Positions 13,525 through 25,105 of a DNA stretch of 64,000 bases are shown one piece after another. The DNA is from Blasia pusilla. Its lineage: Eukaryota. The stretch spans positions 2,232,001 to 2,296,000 of the forward strand of contig CM114271.1 in assembly GCA_050084515.1 (NCBI GenBank). Direction: 5' to 3'. The translations under genes and the position numbers were made by a program. Numbering within the stretch: the first letter of the stretch is position 1; each line of letters begins with the position of its first letter. Below the pieces are notes generated by a model, which saw only the letters and a program-made list of their open reading frames with translations, did no database searches and was not told where the DNA came from.

Positions 13525-14490
13525 GGGTGTTAGGGTGTTAGATCTCTTTGGAGGGATTAGCACCGGATTGGTTGCAGTATTGCAGGCGGGCATATGGGTG
13601 CATCAGTACCTTTATGTGGAGAGAGATGAGACCCCGCGGCGAGTATCATTACGTCACGTGGCAAGATTGGTCTAGAGGTATCTTGAGTTGTTGCCGGTAT
13701 CTGCAATACGGGGATATCAGCATACACTACCCGCCGACATCTCTTTGGTGGGGGTGCAGGATCTGGACAGAGTTGGCACCATTCATTTGGTGATTGCTGG
13801 ATGGCCATGTCAGGGTCATTCATCAGTTGGCCGAGGATTTGGATTGCAGGATCCGAGGTCAGGGATGTTTTGGGAGATGTTTTGCGAGTAGTACGACATT
13901 TGGAGGGGAGTCAGACATGTTCTCCAACATACATTTTGGAGAACGTGCCGTTGTTGGAAGACACTCGTGCACGTGTGATGATGAGTGTGCATCAGGTGAG
14001 GTCCTGGTTGGGACCTGATGTGTTGCTAGATGCGGCGAGAGTTGGATCACGTGCCCATCGTCCACGACTGTGGTGGACGAACCTGATACCATCAGAGGTA
14101 CTGAGTTGAGCATACGATGGAGTCCAGAGAGCACCACATCTCATAGTGGATGCTATTTTGGGCTCAGGGCAACGATCTCAAGTGGTGACACGGGATGATA
14201 GACCACCGTTGGCCATGGCCAATAGGGTGGGGGAGTTGAGGGCAGCCTTACCTACGTTGGTGAGCTTCCCAACATCCCATACCTTTCATTAGGGAGGGCC
14301 AGGCATGATTTGGGATGAGATGACCGGAGCATTGGAGGAGCCTACAGCAGATGAGGGCGAGCGCGCCATGGGGTTCGTTACCGATACTACAGCGGTGCTA
14401 GGGATGATTGAGGCATCCTGGAGACAGGTGTTGGGGCAGGAAATGGACCTCAACTGTCTCACATGGATAGTCAGCCTAGGTATGGCTGAG
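13525..14490 (+). pseudogene. C5 DNA cytosine methyltransferase domain (DNMT3-like) within pol of element 1
   Basis: Ordered motifs: I VLDLFGGISTG, II YLYVE, IV IAGWPCQGHS, VI YILENV, VIII AHRPRLWWTNL, IX ERAMGF, X LGQEMD. Interrupted by stops and frameshifts. Confidence 0.9.
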
Positions 14491-14861
14491 CAGAGATGGA
14501 TGCAAGTGTCATCCATGCCGTCACGTCCACGAGTTGGACCATTGCCTACAGGGTCTGTACAGGCATTGGCTGGGGGCGAGACGAGGAGAGATAGGTACCC
14601 ATGGACTTCCTGGGAGGTTGTTCGAGCAGAGAGTGCGAAGGCGGCTAGAGTAGCACATGTTCATTTTTTCGGATGTAGAGCATGGTGTATGAGGTCAGAG
14701 TGGAGTGGCTGTTGCGGAGGTGGCTAGGGTTGCAACATAGCAACCAAAGCCGGAGGCTGTGTCCTCTCCAAGTGAGGTCACGATGGAGACTTGGGAGCCT
14801 ATGATAGGTCTCAAGTTGATAGGAGGAGAGCGACGGTGAGTTCATAGGTTTCTGAGAGGGC

Positions 14862-16210
14862 ATGTGTTTGCGCACCACGGGTACGCTGAAGGGTCTCGGG
14901 ATACGGATTGAGTTGGCTAGTGATACGCTGATCTTTCGTCGATCCTACAGGTATTCTGATATGGAGCGAGCCTTGATTCAGAGCAAGAGTCAGGACTTGT
15001 TGGAGGCAGGACTTGTGGAGTTATCACATGGGGAGTATGCATCTGCCACAATCATGCCGGCCAAGAAGGATATGTATGGCAATTGGACGGATAGGCGGAT
15101 GTGTGGAGATTACCGTCCTATCGACCGACAGACGAGGTCAGATCAGTACGCCATGCCTACTCCTGAGGAGATCTTTGATGCGGTAGGGCATGCAAAGATC
15201 TTTAGTACTTTAGATCTCCAAGCTGGCTATCATCAGCTTCCTATCAGGTTGGAGGACAGGGACAAGACAACATTCTGGGGGATAGATCGGTTCGAGAGAG
15301 ATTGCTCGTATCAGTGACGGTTCTTACCATTTGGGTTGAAGAACGCGCTTGCAGAGAGTTATGGATAGGATTCTAGCTGGCTTGGATTTTGTACGATGTT
15401 ACATAGATGATATTCTTATCTTCAATTCCACGATTGAGGAGCAAGAGTGACACCTAGAGGAGGTGTTCTGGCGATTGCAGTTACATGGACTGAAGTTACA
15501 TCCAGGCAAGTGCAGATTCTTTCAGGAGCAGATTGAGTACTTGGGACACACCATATACCCGAGTGGGTTAGGCGTTCAGCACACGAAGGTAGAGGCTATT
15601 GCGCAGATTCCACGCCCTACAAATGTGAGTCAAGTCTGAGCATTTCTTGGACTGGCGAACTTCTATCAACGGTATGTCAAGGGTTTTAGTGCGATAGCAA
15701 AGTCTTTGACCTTGTTGACGAGACTTGATCAGGTTTGGTTGTGGGGAAATGATCAGGGGCGAGCATTTCAAGAGCTCAAGGATAGGTTGACGTCCTCACC
15801 CATTTTACAGAGACCGGTTAGGGGTTGCCTATTCCAGTTACATACGGATTCGAGCATGTTGGGTCTAGGAGCACTGCTTACTCAGAGGGATGACGAGGAG
15901 AGGGAGTTCGTTGTGGCTTACGCGAGCCGATCGAACAACATTGCAGAGTCGAAGTACAGCTCCTACGAGGGAGAGTGCTTGGATGCAATGTGGGTTGTGG
16001 CACATTTCATATGCTATTTATTTGGAAACCCTTTCACACTTATCATTGATCATCAGCCGTTGAGGTAGTTGATGGAGTCTGACAAGCTTACGGGAAAACT
16101 TGCCAGATGGGCTCTATTACTACAGGAGTATGAGTTTGAGGTGGTTCATAGGCCAGGTCGGCTGAACCAGGATGCGGATGGGTTGAGTTGTAACCCATGT
16201 CCGAGTCAGA
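14862..16210 (+). pseudogene. reverse transcriptase and RNase H of element 1
   Basis: RT motifs RMCGDYRP, FSTLDLQAGYHQ, LPFGLKNA and CYIDD (~15397-15411). RNase H motifs FQLHTD, YEGECL, IDHQPL, NQDADGLS. Confidence 0.93.
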
Positions 16211-16559
16211 GAGACAACACAGGAGCTCGATGGCACGGAGAGAGTGATGAGGAGATGATGCCCGGTTGGCATGCATCTGCCTATCTTTGTTGGTTGACTA
16301 TGGCAAGTCAGCCACATGTGATGACTCCAGTGGTGGGGTTGGATGATGAGTCTTTGGATCCAGAGGTCAATGAGGAGGCGACAGGTGGTCGTGATATCCA
16401 TGACGACATGGAGGTTGTGGAGTTCTTGCGCACTGGCATCATAGCGAGCACAGTGAGTGCTAGGGAGCGGGATCGGATCCTACAGAGAGCCAGGAGGTTC
16501 AGGTGGGAGGGGACTCACATTTTGCGGGTATGGGGAGATGGTAGGATACGAGTGGTACC

Positions 16560-17833
16560 TCATCCTTCCCAGCGAGCACGTGTAGTGCGACATACCCATG
16601 AGGAGTTGGGACATTTGGAGTAAAGCGTACTTACAGCTAACTCCAGATTCAGTATTGGTGGCGCGGCATGCATACTGGGGTACAGTAGTTTGTGGCCAGA
16701 TGTATGGTATATGATAGAGTGCGAGCATCCTTCAATGCTCCCACTCCGCAGTTACATCCCTTGCCGATTATGGGTTTAGGTTATCGGTGGAGTTTAGACT
16801 TTGCGGGACCTTTGTCATTGACGGGGCGTCATCATAGATACGTGTTGGTCATGGTGGAGCATTTCTCCAAGTGGATAGAGTTGGTGGCACTATCGGACAA
16901 GGCGATCGAGGGAACAACTTATGTGTTTCTAGATCGTGTGCTTAGTCACTTTGGTGCACCGGCGGAGGTGTTGACTGACCAGGGTACGGAGTTTAGAGGA
17001 GAGTTTCAAGCATTATAGATCAGGCGCTGATAGATCACCGCACCACGTCCAAAGATCATCCTGAGGCGGATGGGTTGGCGGAGAGAGTGGTACAGACGGT
17101 GAAGAGAGGATTTCGCAAGTATGGCTTGCAACGGGGACAGTTGAGGGAGTGGGACCTACAGTTGTCATGGTTGGCTATGGGTTATCGCTTTAGTCGGCAG
17201 GCATCCTTGGCGTCATTTTCACCGTACTTTTTGCTCTTTGGGAGAGAGCCAAATTTACCTGTAGCGATTCGACGTGACATGGAAGAGGTATTAGATCTTG
17301 ATGATCAAGATGTGTGGGTACAAGCATGTTCTCAGAGGGCGGAGGTTATTCGTAGAGTTATGCCTATGGCCTTTGAGAACTTAGCTATTGCTCACCATAG
17401 AGATACATTGAGGTACACGACCATTTGTGGAGGAGATTATCGTCTAGGGATTAGGAGGTTTCATCCTAGAGACTACGTGTATTTATAGCAGGCGACATCC
17501 ACGACGCTAGATGTCATTGCAGGGCGCACGATCCTATGTGTGCGCGAGGTATTATCGACCGGAGTCCTCATGTTGGAGGGACGGGATGGTATGGTTTGGA
17601 AGGATCATGTGCGCAATTGTGTGCCATGTCATCTTCCGAACGTAGATGGGACAGTGGATCCGAGCTTGGAAGTGGTACCTACAGACTTGAGGTGTATGTT
17701 GTGTGGATCTGCGAGGGGTGCAGCCACCATGTTGGTATGTGATGGTTGTTCTCGAGGATGGCATATGTCATGTATGACCCCCCCCCCCCTCTTGATGTAG
17801 TTCCCACAGAACGATGGATTTGTCTGAGATGTG
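16560..17833 (+). pseudogene. DDE integrase with C-terminal PHD finger of element 1
   Basis: HHCC-type HEELGH...C region, core WSLDFAGP / LTDQGTEF / GLAERVV, then C4HC3 PHD CMLC...CDGC...WHMSC...WICLRC (17692-17833). Confidence 0.9.
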
Positions 17834-17916
17834 TACAGGGTAGTAGGTCATGTCAGAGAGATGTGATATTTTCTATCTGGAGTTGGAGGGATCCAACTGC
17901 CAACTAGGGGGGCGGT

Positions 17917-18254
17917 TGTGTGATCTCCATGTATATGTATGAGTTGATTTTTGTACATGTGTGGATCAATCCGTGTGTGGGGAAGATCGGTATTTTGTGG
18001 TGTAGATGTGACCAGCAATGTATGTTGTGTAGCGATATGTATGCGCATGACAACTGTCACATCTGAGTAGCTGATAGGCCGAGATCTATCGTGGATAGAG
18101 CGTAGGAGCCAACAGACTATCTTGAGTGTAACTTTGTCCCACGGTGTCGAATGAGGTTGAGGATAGGTCCATTATGTCAGGAACGACGTTCCTAACACAA
18201 TATCCACGCTCTATCCACGATAGATCTCGGCCTATCGGCTACTCAGAAGTGACA
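17917..18254 (+). repeat. 3' region of element 1: A (17917-18052), AC spacer, B (18055-18103), 102-bp spacer, inverted B (18206-18254)
   Basis: The 49-bp B arms match as an inverted repeat with 2 mismatches. Junction reads CATGACA-AC-TGTCAC. Confidence 0.93.
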
Positions 18255-19158
18255 ACTATCACGTTCGTATAAACAAGAGGATGCTCGATGGTAATCACGT
18301 ACTCTCAAAATAATGGGTCATATTATAACATCCAATGTGATGAGTAAAATCAGATGCAACCTCTGCATCATTGGCGGATGGCCTCCTCCCTAAATAATCG
18401 CATACTTGAATGTGTCCTGATTTTGTGCACTAGCGAAGTTCTAAAATTCTATGGGCATAACGTTCCAAAATAACTCGTTATGTTGAGAACATGTTTGCAT
18501 CCGCACATTAGGGTCATTGAGATTCAACACCCCACAAATATCCTCATGGATTGTCATAGGTGAATTGGGCATTCATTCATAGAGCAAAAAGTAAGTTGAA
18601 AAGGATAAGTCATGGTAAATGAGACATAGGATGAGATAATATTGAGGCCTTAGAGGGGTCTTGTACTTCTCCATTTTGAGAGGTCATATGTAACCTGCTC
18701 TTAGAAGATGACCTACGAGCGTCGGTCACCCTTTCTTTTATGCGGAGTGATAATCTCAGAGAGGTTAATCCTCTCATCCTTTGTATGTAGCCACTTGGGC
18801 CTATACGATTTGAGGGTTAGTTGGCAGTTGGATAGGTGTTGGTCTTGTGAGAGGATCAATGTATAGTTGGTAGGGATTTAGTACCTTGAGTACTCCTGGT
18901 CACTTGTGACTTGTTAGGAGGAAGTTACTTGTGTGCATAGTTCATCCATGGAAGTGCCCAAGGGGCTTACCTTGAATGAGGTTCATTTGGAGCTTATCTT
19001 CTATAGTACAGATCTATATTAAGATCTGTAATACAATGCAACTTGCATGTATTGAACCTAGAGTCTCTCTTGTAGAGTGGGATAAGATTGATCAGAGATC
19101 ACACATTGAGAATTCATCGCATATTATTTCTTATTGCTACTATCGTGTGTATCATTGA

Positions 19159-19491
19159 CATGGTTGCTCCAAAATAGACAAGTGCATCCCTAGAACGAAC
19201 ATGGACGAATAAGTTTGGACACATGGAAATGGATTGCAAAAAGTGGAGCCCAAAGTTTATAGTTCATGGTGGAAGGCAAGGCAAGGGCGGGTGGGGAAAT
19301 AAGGGGGGAGGGAGTGGAGGTTGGAGGTAGGAGGAGGAAGAAACAAGAAAGTGCGGATCACAAAAGCAAGTGGGGGGATGAGAAAGAAGGGGGAGATTGG
19401 GCCCACACAAAAAATTCCTTCTCTGGGATGGACATGAGTCCATGGACATTGACATCTCCATAGACATGGATTTTGTCCATATGCAACCTTG
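19159..19491. mobile_element. hAT-type MITE (same family as 9244-9525)
   Basis: TIR CATGGTTGC...GCAACCTTG; perfect 8-bp TSD ATCATTGA (19151-19158 and 19492-19499). Confidence 0.87.
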
Positions 19492-20024
19492 ATCATTGAG
19501 TGTATGCTTGGATGAGGCCTAGTTGATCGCATATTTTATCAATTTCATATTTATAATAGGATTGCCCATTAATTTATGTGTTTGGATTTATAATTAAATG
19601 GATCTTAGATTTTTGAGCATGACATCCGATGGATGTTGGAAACGCTATCTATTTGTACGTAAATATGAGAGATGCTTGCCTACTAGACCTATAGGCTATT
19701 GCGAACCATAGCCAACCTTCTAAGTGACTTTTGTTCAAAGTGTACTTCTGAAAATCCTTGTTCACCATGTGAACAACTTGCTCCGCTAGACCATCCACCT
19801 AAGGATGATCTATGCTACTCCATCAATTGCTCTGTCTAGTAATGAAACCAACTCTGTGTACTTTTTCGGATGCATAGACAACATACATTGCTATCACCAT
19901 CCATACATCCATAAATACAAAATACCACACTCATTCATGATATCTACACACATAGATGATTGTGTACCAAAATATCTACAATGAAATAGTAAGTTCCTTA
20001 ACATGGCTCCAAATGAGCCGAAAA

Positions 20025-20190
20025 CTCTTACGAGGCTTTTGTGGGAGGAAGGAGCGATGGTGATTCTTGAAGTGGAGGTTGCCTCTTTGATTCTTCCTCC
20101 CACATGCCTCCATGTTCTTACAAGGCTTTCGTGGGAGGAATGAGCAATGGCAATTCTTGATCTGGAAGTTTCCTCTTTGATTATTCTTTC
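20025..20190. repeat. Tandem pair of a ~75-bp dispersed repeat, with an inverted copy at 5980-6053
   Basis: CTTAC.AGGCTTT.GTGGGAGGAA.GAGC.ATGG...CTCTTTGATT occurs twice; its reverse complement is at 5980-6053. Confidence 0.75.
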
Positions 20191-21221
20191 AACTATGCAA
20201 AATCTAACTTCGAACCTCTTGTTTTAATTCATACTAGTATCATGCATGTGTTATGCATGGACGAGGGAAAAATTTTCCTAGCACCCCTTAAGTCTTTAGC
20301 CCTTTTTATTGAACTACTCTTACAATATAGCATGTGTCAACAATAGAAAATCTTTCAAAAGATATGTGTCAACAGTAGAGGAGGGTTTCTCCAACCCCAC
20401 CATATGTTAAAATTAAAATTTTAAAAATTTATTTGACCCAAAAGTTTTATTTTTTCTGAAACGTGTCGTGCGAATCCACATCGTCATACAACATACATCG
20501 CTGACATACCATATTCACATACATACATAACATAGACGAGAGCATCCACAAACACAAGTGTACCACGACTGAAATCCGTGTAAGACCTACTGTCATAAAA
20601 CACGTATAGAATCACATACAATCGAGCCAAACCCACTCCACAATGGAAGAATCCAGGTCGAAGCTTGTGGGAGCCACCATAGCCAAGAGCTCTACTCACT
20701 ACCAAGGCTAACTCCCAACGCAATAGGCTCAAATCAAAGAACTAACTGTTCTTTGAGTGCACTCCACACTATATCCTCCAACCTAAGAGTGGGCTCTACT
20801 GGAAAAGTTATCCTCAACTAAGTAACCCCCAACCTTATGTATAAAACCGCATCTCTACCTAGACACTACGGCCCTACATAAGGTATGGCCTCTACTAGCA
20901 CACTATACTCTACGACATAATCCGTATGGTCATGACAGCTGTCGTGCAAATCCACATCGTCATACAATATACGTCGTTGACATACCATACTCACATACAT
21001 ACATAACATAGAAGAGAGCATCCACAAACATAAGTATACCACAACTCGCCCCCCTTACTGGCGGTTAGATCCCTCTAACTCCCAAGTAGCCCTATACATC
21101 TACTACATGCTATACACCTTCGTGGGTGCACGAATCAGAAGGCCGGATGCTAGGTTGCCCCATCGTAAGTCGCACATCTGTAATCCATATCATGCAAAGA
21201 TCAAGTCATCTACCTCTCCTA

Positions 21222-22165
21222 AATACATCAAGGACAAACCCACCTTCCAGTAGGAACAACATCCATACGTGGAGTCAAACACATCATGTGCCAACCCCTA
21301 GAACACCGATCACACACCAACATACGGGTTGCGTTACCAACAGACCCACACAACATGCACCTCAAGCTAGCACGTATCATGGCTAAGCTTGGGTCAACAG
21401 TACCATCTACATTTGGAATATGACATGGCGCACAATTACGTACGTGGTCCTTCCAAAAAACTCCATCACGACCCTCCAACATGAGAACTCCAGAAGCTAA
21501 CACCTCGTGCACTCGTAAAATAGTGCGGCCTGCCGTCACATCCAACGTTGTTGGTGCAATCTGCTGCAAATAGACATAGTCCCCCACATGGAACCTACAA
21601 ATCGATGGTCGATAACCTCCACCCCGAATGGTTGCATTCCGCAACGTATCCCTGTGTTGAGCAATGGCGAGGTTCTCAAAGGCTGTTGGCATAACTCTCC
21701 AAAAGAGCTCTGCCCGCTGAGAACACACTCTCATCCACATCTCTGGGTCATCAAGGTTCACCACCTCACTGGACTTCCGACAATTCTTCTTTGGCAAGTC
21801 CGGATCTTGGCCATATAACGTAAAAATAAGGTGAGAAGGAAGCCAAGGATGCTTGGCGATCGACCTATACCCCATGGCTAACCATGGCAACCGAATATCC
21901 CAGTCTCAAGATGCCCCTTCTGTAGGCCATACTTGCGCAATGCCCTCTTCACCGTCTGAACCACACGCTCAGCCAAACCATCCGCCTCTGGATGATCTCG
22001 AGACGTGGTCCGATGATCAATCAACGCCTTGTCATACATGACCTGAAACTCACCCTGAAACTCTGTACCCTGGTCGGTCAGCACTTTAGCTTGTGCACCA
22101 AAATGACTAAGCACTCTATCAAGAAACGCATACGTCGTTCCCTCACTTGCCTTGTCAGGTAATGC
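21222..22165 (-). pseudogene. integrase core, C-terminus and PHD finger of element 2
   Basis: LTDQGTEF...GLAERVV; PHD CMLCGSVGNATRMLVCDRCSRGWHMMC...WVCP*C. Confidence 0.9.
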
Positions 22166-22980
22166 TACCTCCGATAGTAGTTTGCCAATCCCATGAATGC
22201 CCGAACTCTACTCACATCTGTCGGACGCGGAATAAGTGCAATAGCGTCCACCTTTGCTTGCTGAACTCCCAAACCACCTGGATAGATCACATGACCCAAG
22301 TACTCAACATCCTCATGGAAGAACTTACACTTTCCTGGATGCAAACGTAGACCATGAGCTTTCAACCGCTCAAACACAATCTACAAATGTATCTGATGCT
22401 CCTCCACCATGTTACTGAACACCAAGATATCATCAATGTAACATCGAACAAAATCCAACCCTGCTAGGATCCTGTCCATCACTCTCTGAAACTCGGCAGG
22501 TGCATTCTTCAACCCAAAGGGTAAGAATTTCCATTGGTACAAACAATCCTTGCCATGAGAGTTGACACCCCAAAATGTTGTCTTGGCCTTGTCACTCTCT
22601 CGAATCGGCAATTCATGGTATCCTGCCAGAAGATCCAAAGTATTGAAAATCTTTGCCTGTCCCACCACATCAAAGATCTCCTCAGGTGTAGGCATGGCAT
22701 ACCTATCGGCCTTGGTTTGCCGATTGATAGGACGGTAATCTCCACACATCCGCATATCCGTCTAGTTGCCATGCATATCCTTTTTAGTAGGCATAACAGT
22801 GGCTTATGCATACTCTCCATGCGACAAATCCACTAATCTAGCCTCCAAAAGGTCCAACGTCCTACTCTGAATCAGGTCCCTCTCCATATCACTATATCGG
22901 TAGGGACGACGAAAGATTGGCATATCATTAGCCAAATCAATCCGTATATCGGGTCCAACCAAAACACCCAACTCCTTCAT
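22165..22980 (-). pseudogene. reverse transcriptase of element 2
   Basis: RMCGDYRP, LPFGLKNAP, CYIDD, EYLGH, GLANYYRR. Confidence 0.93.
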
Positions 22981-23369
22981 GCTAAAGGCAAAACAACTCT
23001 TATAAGCATATAGGAACTCTGTCAAGCGTCGTTTCTCACCTCCCGTAAGCTTGGGCCCAAGTAATGGCTCCCAAGTCTCCTCCACTGATACACTAGAGGG
23101 AGAGGACAATGCCATTGGTCGCACATAACCCCTCACAAGATGGTACACCCTTAGCTACACCATCAGCTGAGCAAATAACTCCTCCACCAGCATGAGCAAC
23201 CAACTCCACATGCCCAGCCATTACATCCCATTTACTCCAAGGATGCAAAATACTACTCTCCTCGCCCCCAACCGATGCCTCTACCGTCGCGGTAGCCATC
23301 GAGCTCATCACAAGGGGTGGAAGACCCACAGACATAGTCCGAAGTCGACGCTGCTCGGCCATACCAAGA

Positions 23370-24330
23370 CTCAAAATCCAAGTCAAACAATTCAGGTCCA
23401 TGGCCTAACCCAACACATGAGGTCGTGAAGCCTCAGAAATGGAAGCAACCGCTGTCACACTAGTAGCAAATCCCATTGCACGCTCTCTCTCATCAGTGTT
23501 AGGCTCCACCAACTATCGCACATGAGAATCCCATACAAGCCCGGGACCACCTTCCCTGTAGGTATGTGACGAGGGAAAACTCACAAATGTGGGTAGTGCC
23601 ATCCTAGGCTGGCCCACACGGTTCACCACTGCCATGGGTGACCGATCAATAACCCTCACCACCTGAGAAAGTCGCCCAGTATCCAAGATACTATCCATTG
23701 TAAGGCAAGGTTCCCACTGCACTGCATCATATGCTCGACGTAGAACCTCCCTAGGCAACAAGTTTGTCCACCACAAGCGTGGACGATGTGCACGCGAGCC
23801 AACTTGCGCTGCATCCAACAACACCGCTGGTCCAATCCAAGACCGCACCTCATGAACACTTGCCATCATCCGGATCCGAGTGTCACCAACAATGGAACAT
23901 TCTCCAGAATGTAAGATGGAGCACGTGCTTGATGAACCTGAAGATGTCGTAACACCCGTAACATCTCCCAAAATAATCGAGACCTAGGGTCGTGTAATCC
24001 CTCAATACGACCAGTACGTGTATGACCCTGACATGGCCATCTCGCAATCACCAAATCCACAGGACCAACCCTCTCAAGGTCCTGCGCCCCCAACAATGCA
24101 ATGTGTGACGGCAAAGCATGCTGGTATCCACGAATAGCTAATGGCGGCAACAACTCAGGATATCTCCGCATCAACTGACCAATATGTCGGGATGAGACTC
24201 TCTGGGCCGTCTCATCTTGCTCCACATACACGTATCTCCGCACAAGAATACCGGCCTGCAACATTGCAGCCAAACTAGTGCTAATTCCACCAAAGAGATC
24301 TAACACACAAATGCCCTCCAAATGGATCTT
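23370..24330 (-). pseudogene. C5 DNA cytosine methyltransferase domain of element 2
   Basis: VLDLFGGIS, YVYVE, DLVIARWPCQG, YILENV, AHRPRLWWTNL, ERAMGF and LGQAMD in order. Confidence 0.9.
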
Positions 24331-24682
24331 CGCCATACAATGGGTGTAGTATCCAAAGGGGATAACCCAACTGGACCAGAAGTAGGAGTCCGCCATGGGG
24401 ACTCCTCTTCCTCGTGAGGTATAACAGCCTCACACCAAGCCTCCTGCACTAGGCGATCAGCCTCCTGCCATAGTGCACCGCCTGAACTCCAAAGTAGCAC
24501 ATACAACGATGAGGATGCCACAATTTTGTAGCCACTGCTACAAAACTAGGGACCTCCTCTACCTCCTCATGTACAAGAGAATCTACAGCAGAAACATTAT
24601 CCTCCAAAAAGTCTCATGGCCAAGTGACTACTCCACTAAAACCAGCCACAGATGCTAACACCGTTGGGAAAGACCCTCCTGG

Positions 24683-25105
24683 TCAAGCCCCATAAATAAA
24701 TCTCACAGGAACTTGGCTCATACGTCCATCCCCGGACTGCCAACCAGGTCTATAAGACGCTATCTTAGTCCAGTAATCCATATGAAAACCCATCGGGTAC
24801 AATATTGCTCCTCCAACTAGTACATCATACGACTCGGCTGATGTGACCACTATAGGTACTCCCAACCGGGAGCTATCAGTCGCATGATGTGGTCTCAACT
24901 GTACAGAAAACTTCTCCCATGTCATGAATTGAGACCTATCATTGGCTCCTCCAAGTGATGTTTGAATCTGGAATGGGCAAGGCTCAAGCTCTGACCTCCG
25001 AATACCCAAACCAATACATGCCGCCTTTCCCAACATCAAAGGTTGGGCACCAGAGTCTAACAAGACTCTATCTAGTCTATACACCTGTCCTGTAGTACTC
25101 AACAA
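24683..25105 (-). pseudogene. aspartic protease of element 2
   Basis: RVLLDSGAQ...YDVLVGG. Confidence 0.85.

Larger units (their letters stand above)
9736..18254 (+). mobile_element. Retroelement 1: Gypsy-like element carrying a C5-methyltransferase and a PHD finger, with inverted (ICR-like) termini; decayed
   Basis: TG...CA ends flanked by the 4-bp TSD ACTA (9732-9735 and 18255-18258). Domain order on + is gag, PR, MTase, RT, RH, IN, PHD. Purine tract AGGGGGGCGG at 17906-17915. Many stops and frameshifts. Confidence 0.92.

Noticed and set aside
13525-14490. Bacterial restriction-modification system or contamination
   Set aside because: The MTase is embedded in retroelement pol in three copies amid spliced plant genes, and no endonuclease partner is seen.
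9244-19491. Similar ~300-bp direct repeats (9244-9525, 19159-19491) flanking element 1 as candidate LTRs
   Set aside because: Each has its own TIRs and 8-bp TSD, so they are independent hAT MITEs lying outside the ACTA TSD.
18689-19541. Possible solo LTR (TGTAAC...TATCA) interrupted by a MITE
   Set aside because: No TSD and no second copy in the window, so the boundaries are unsupported.
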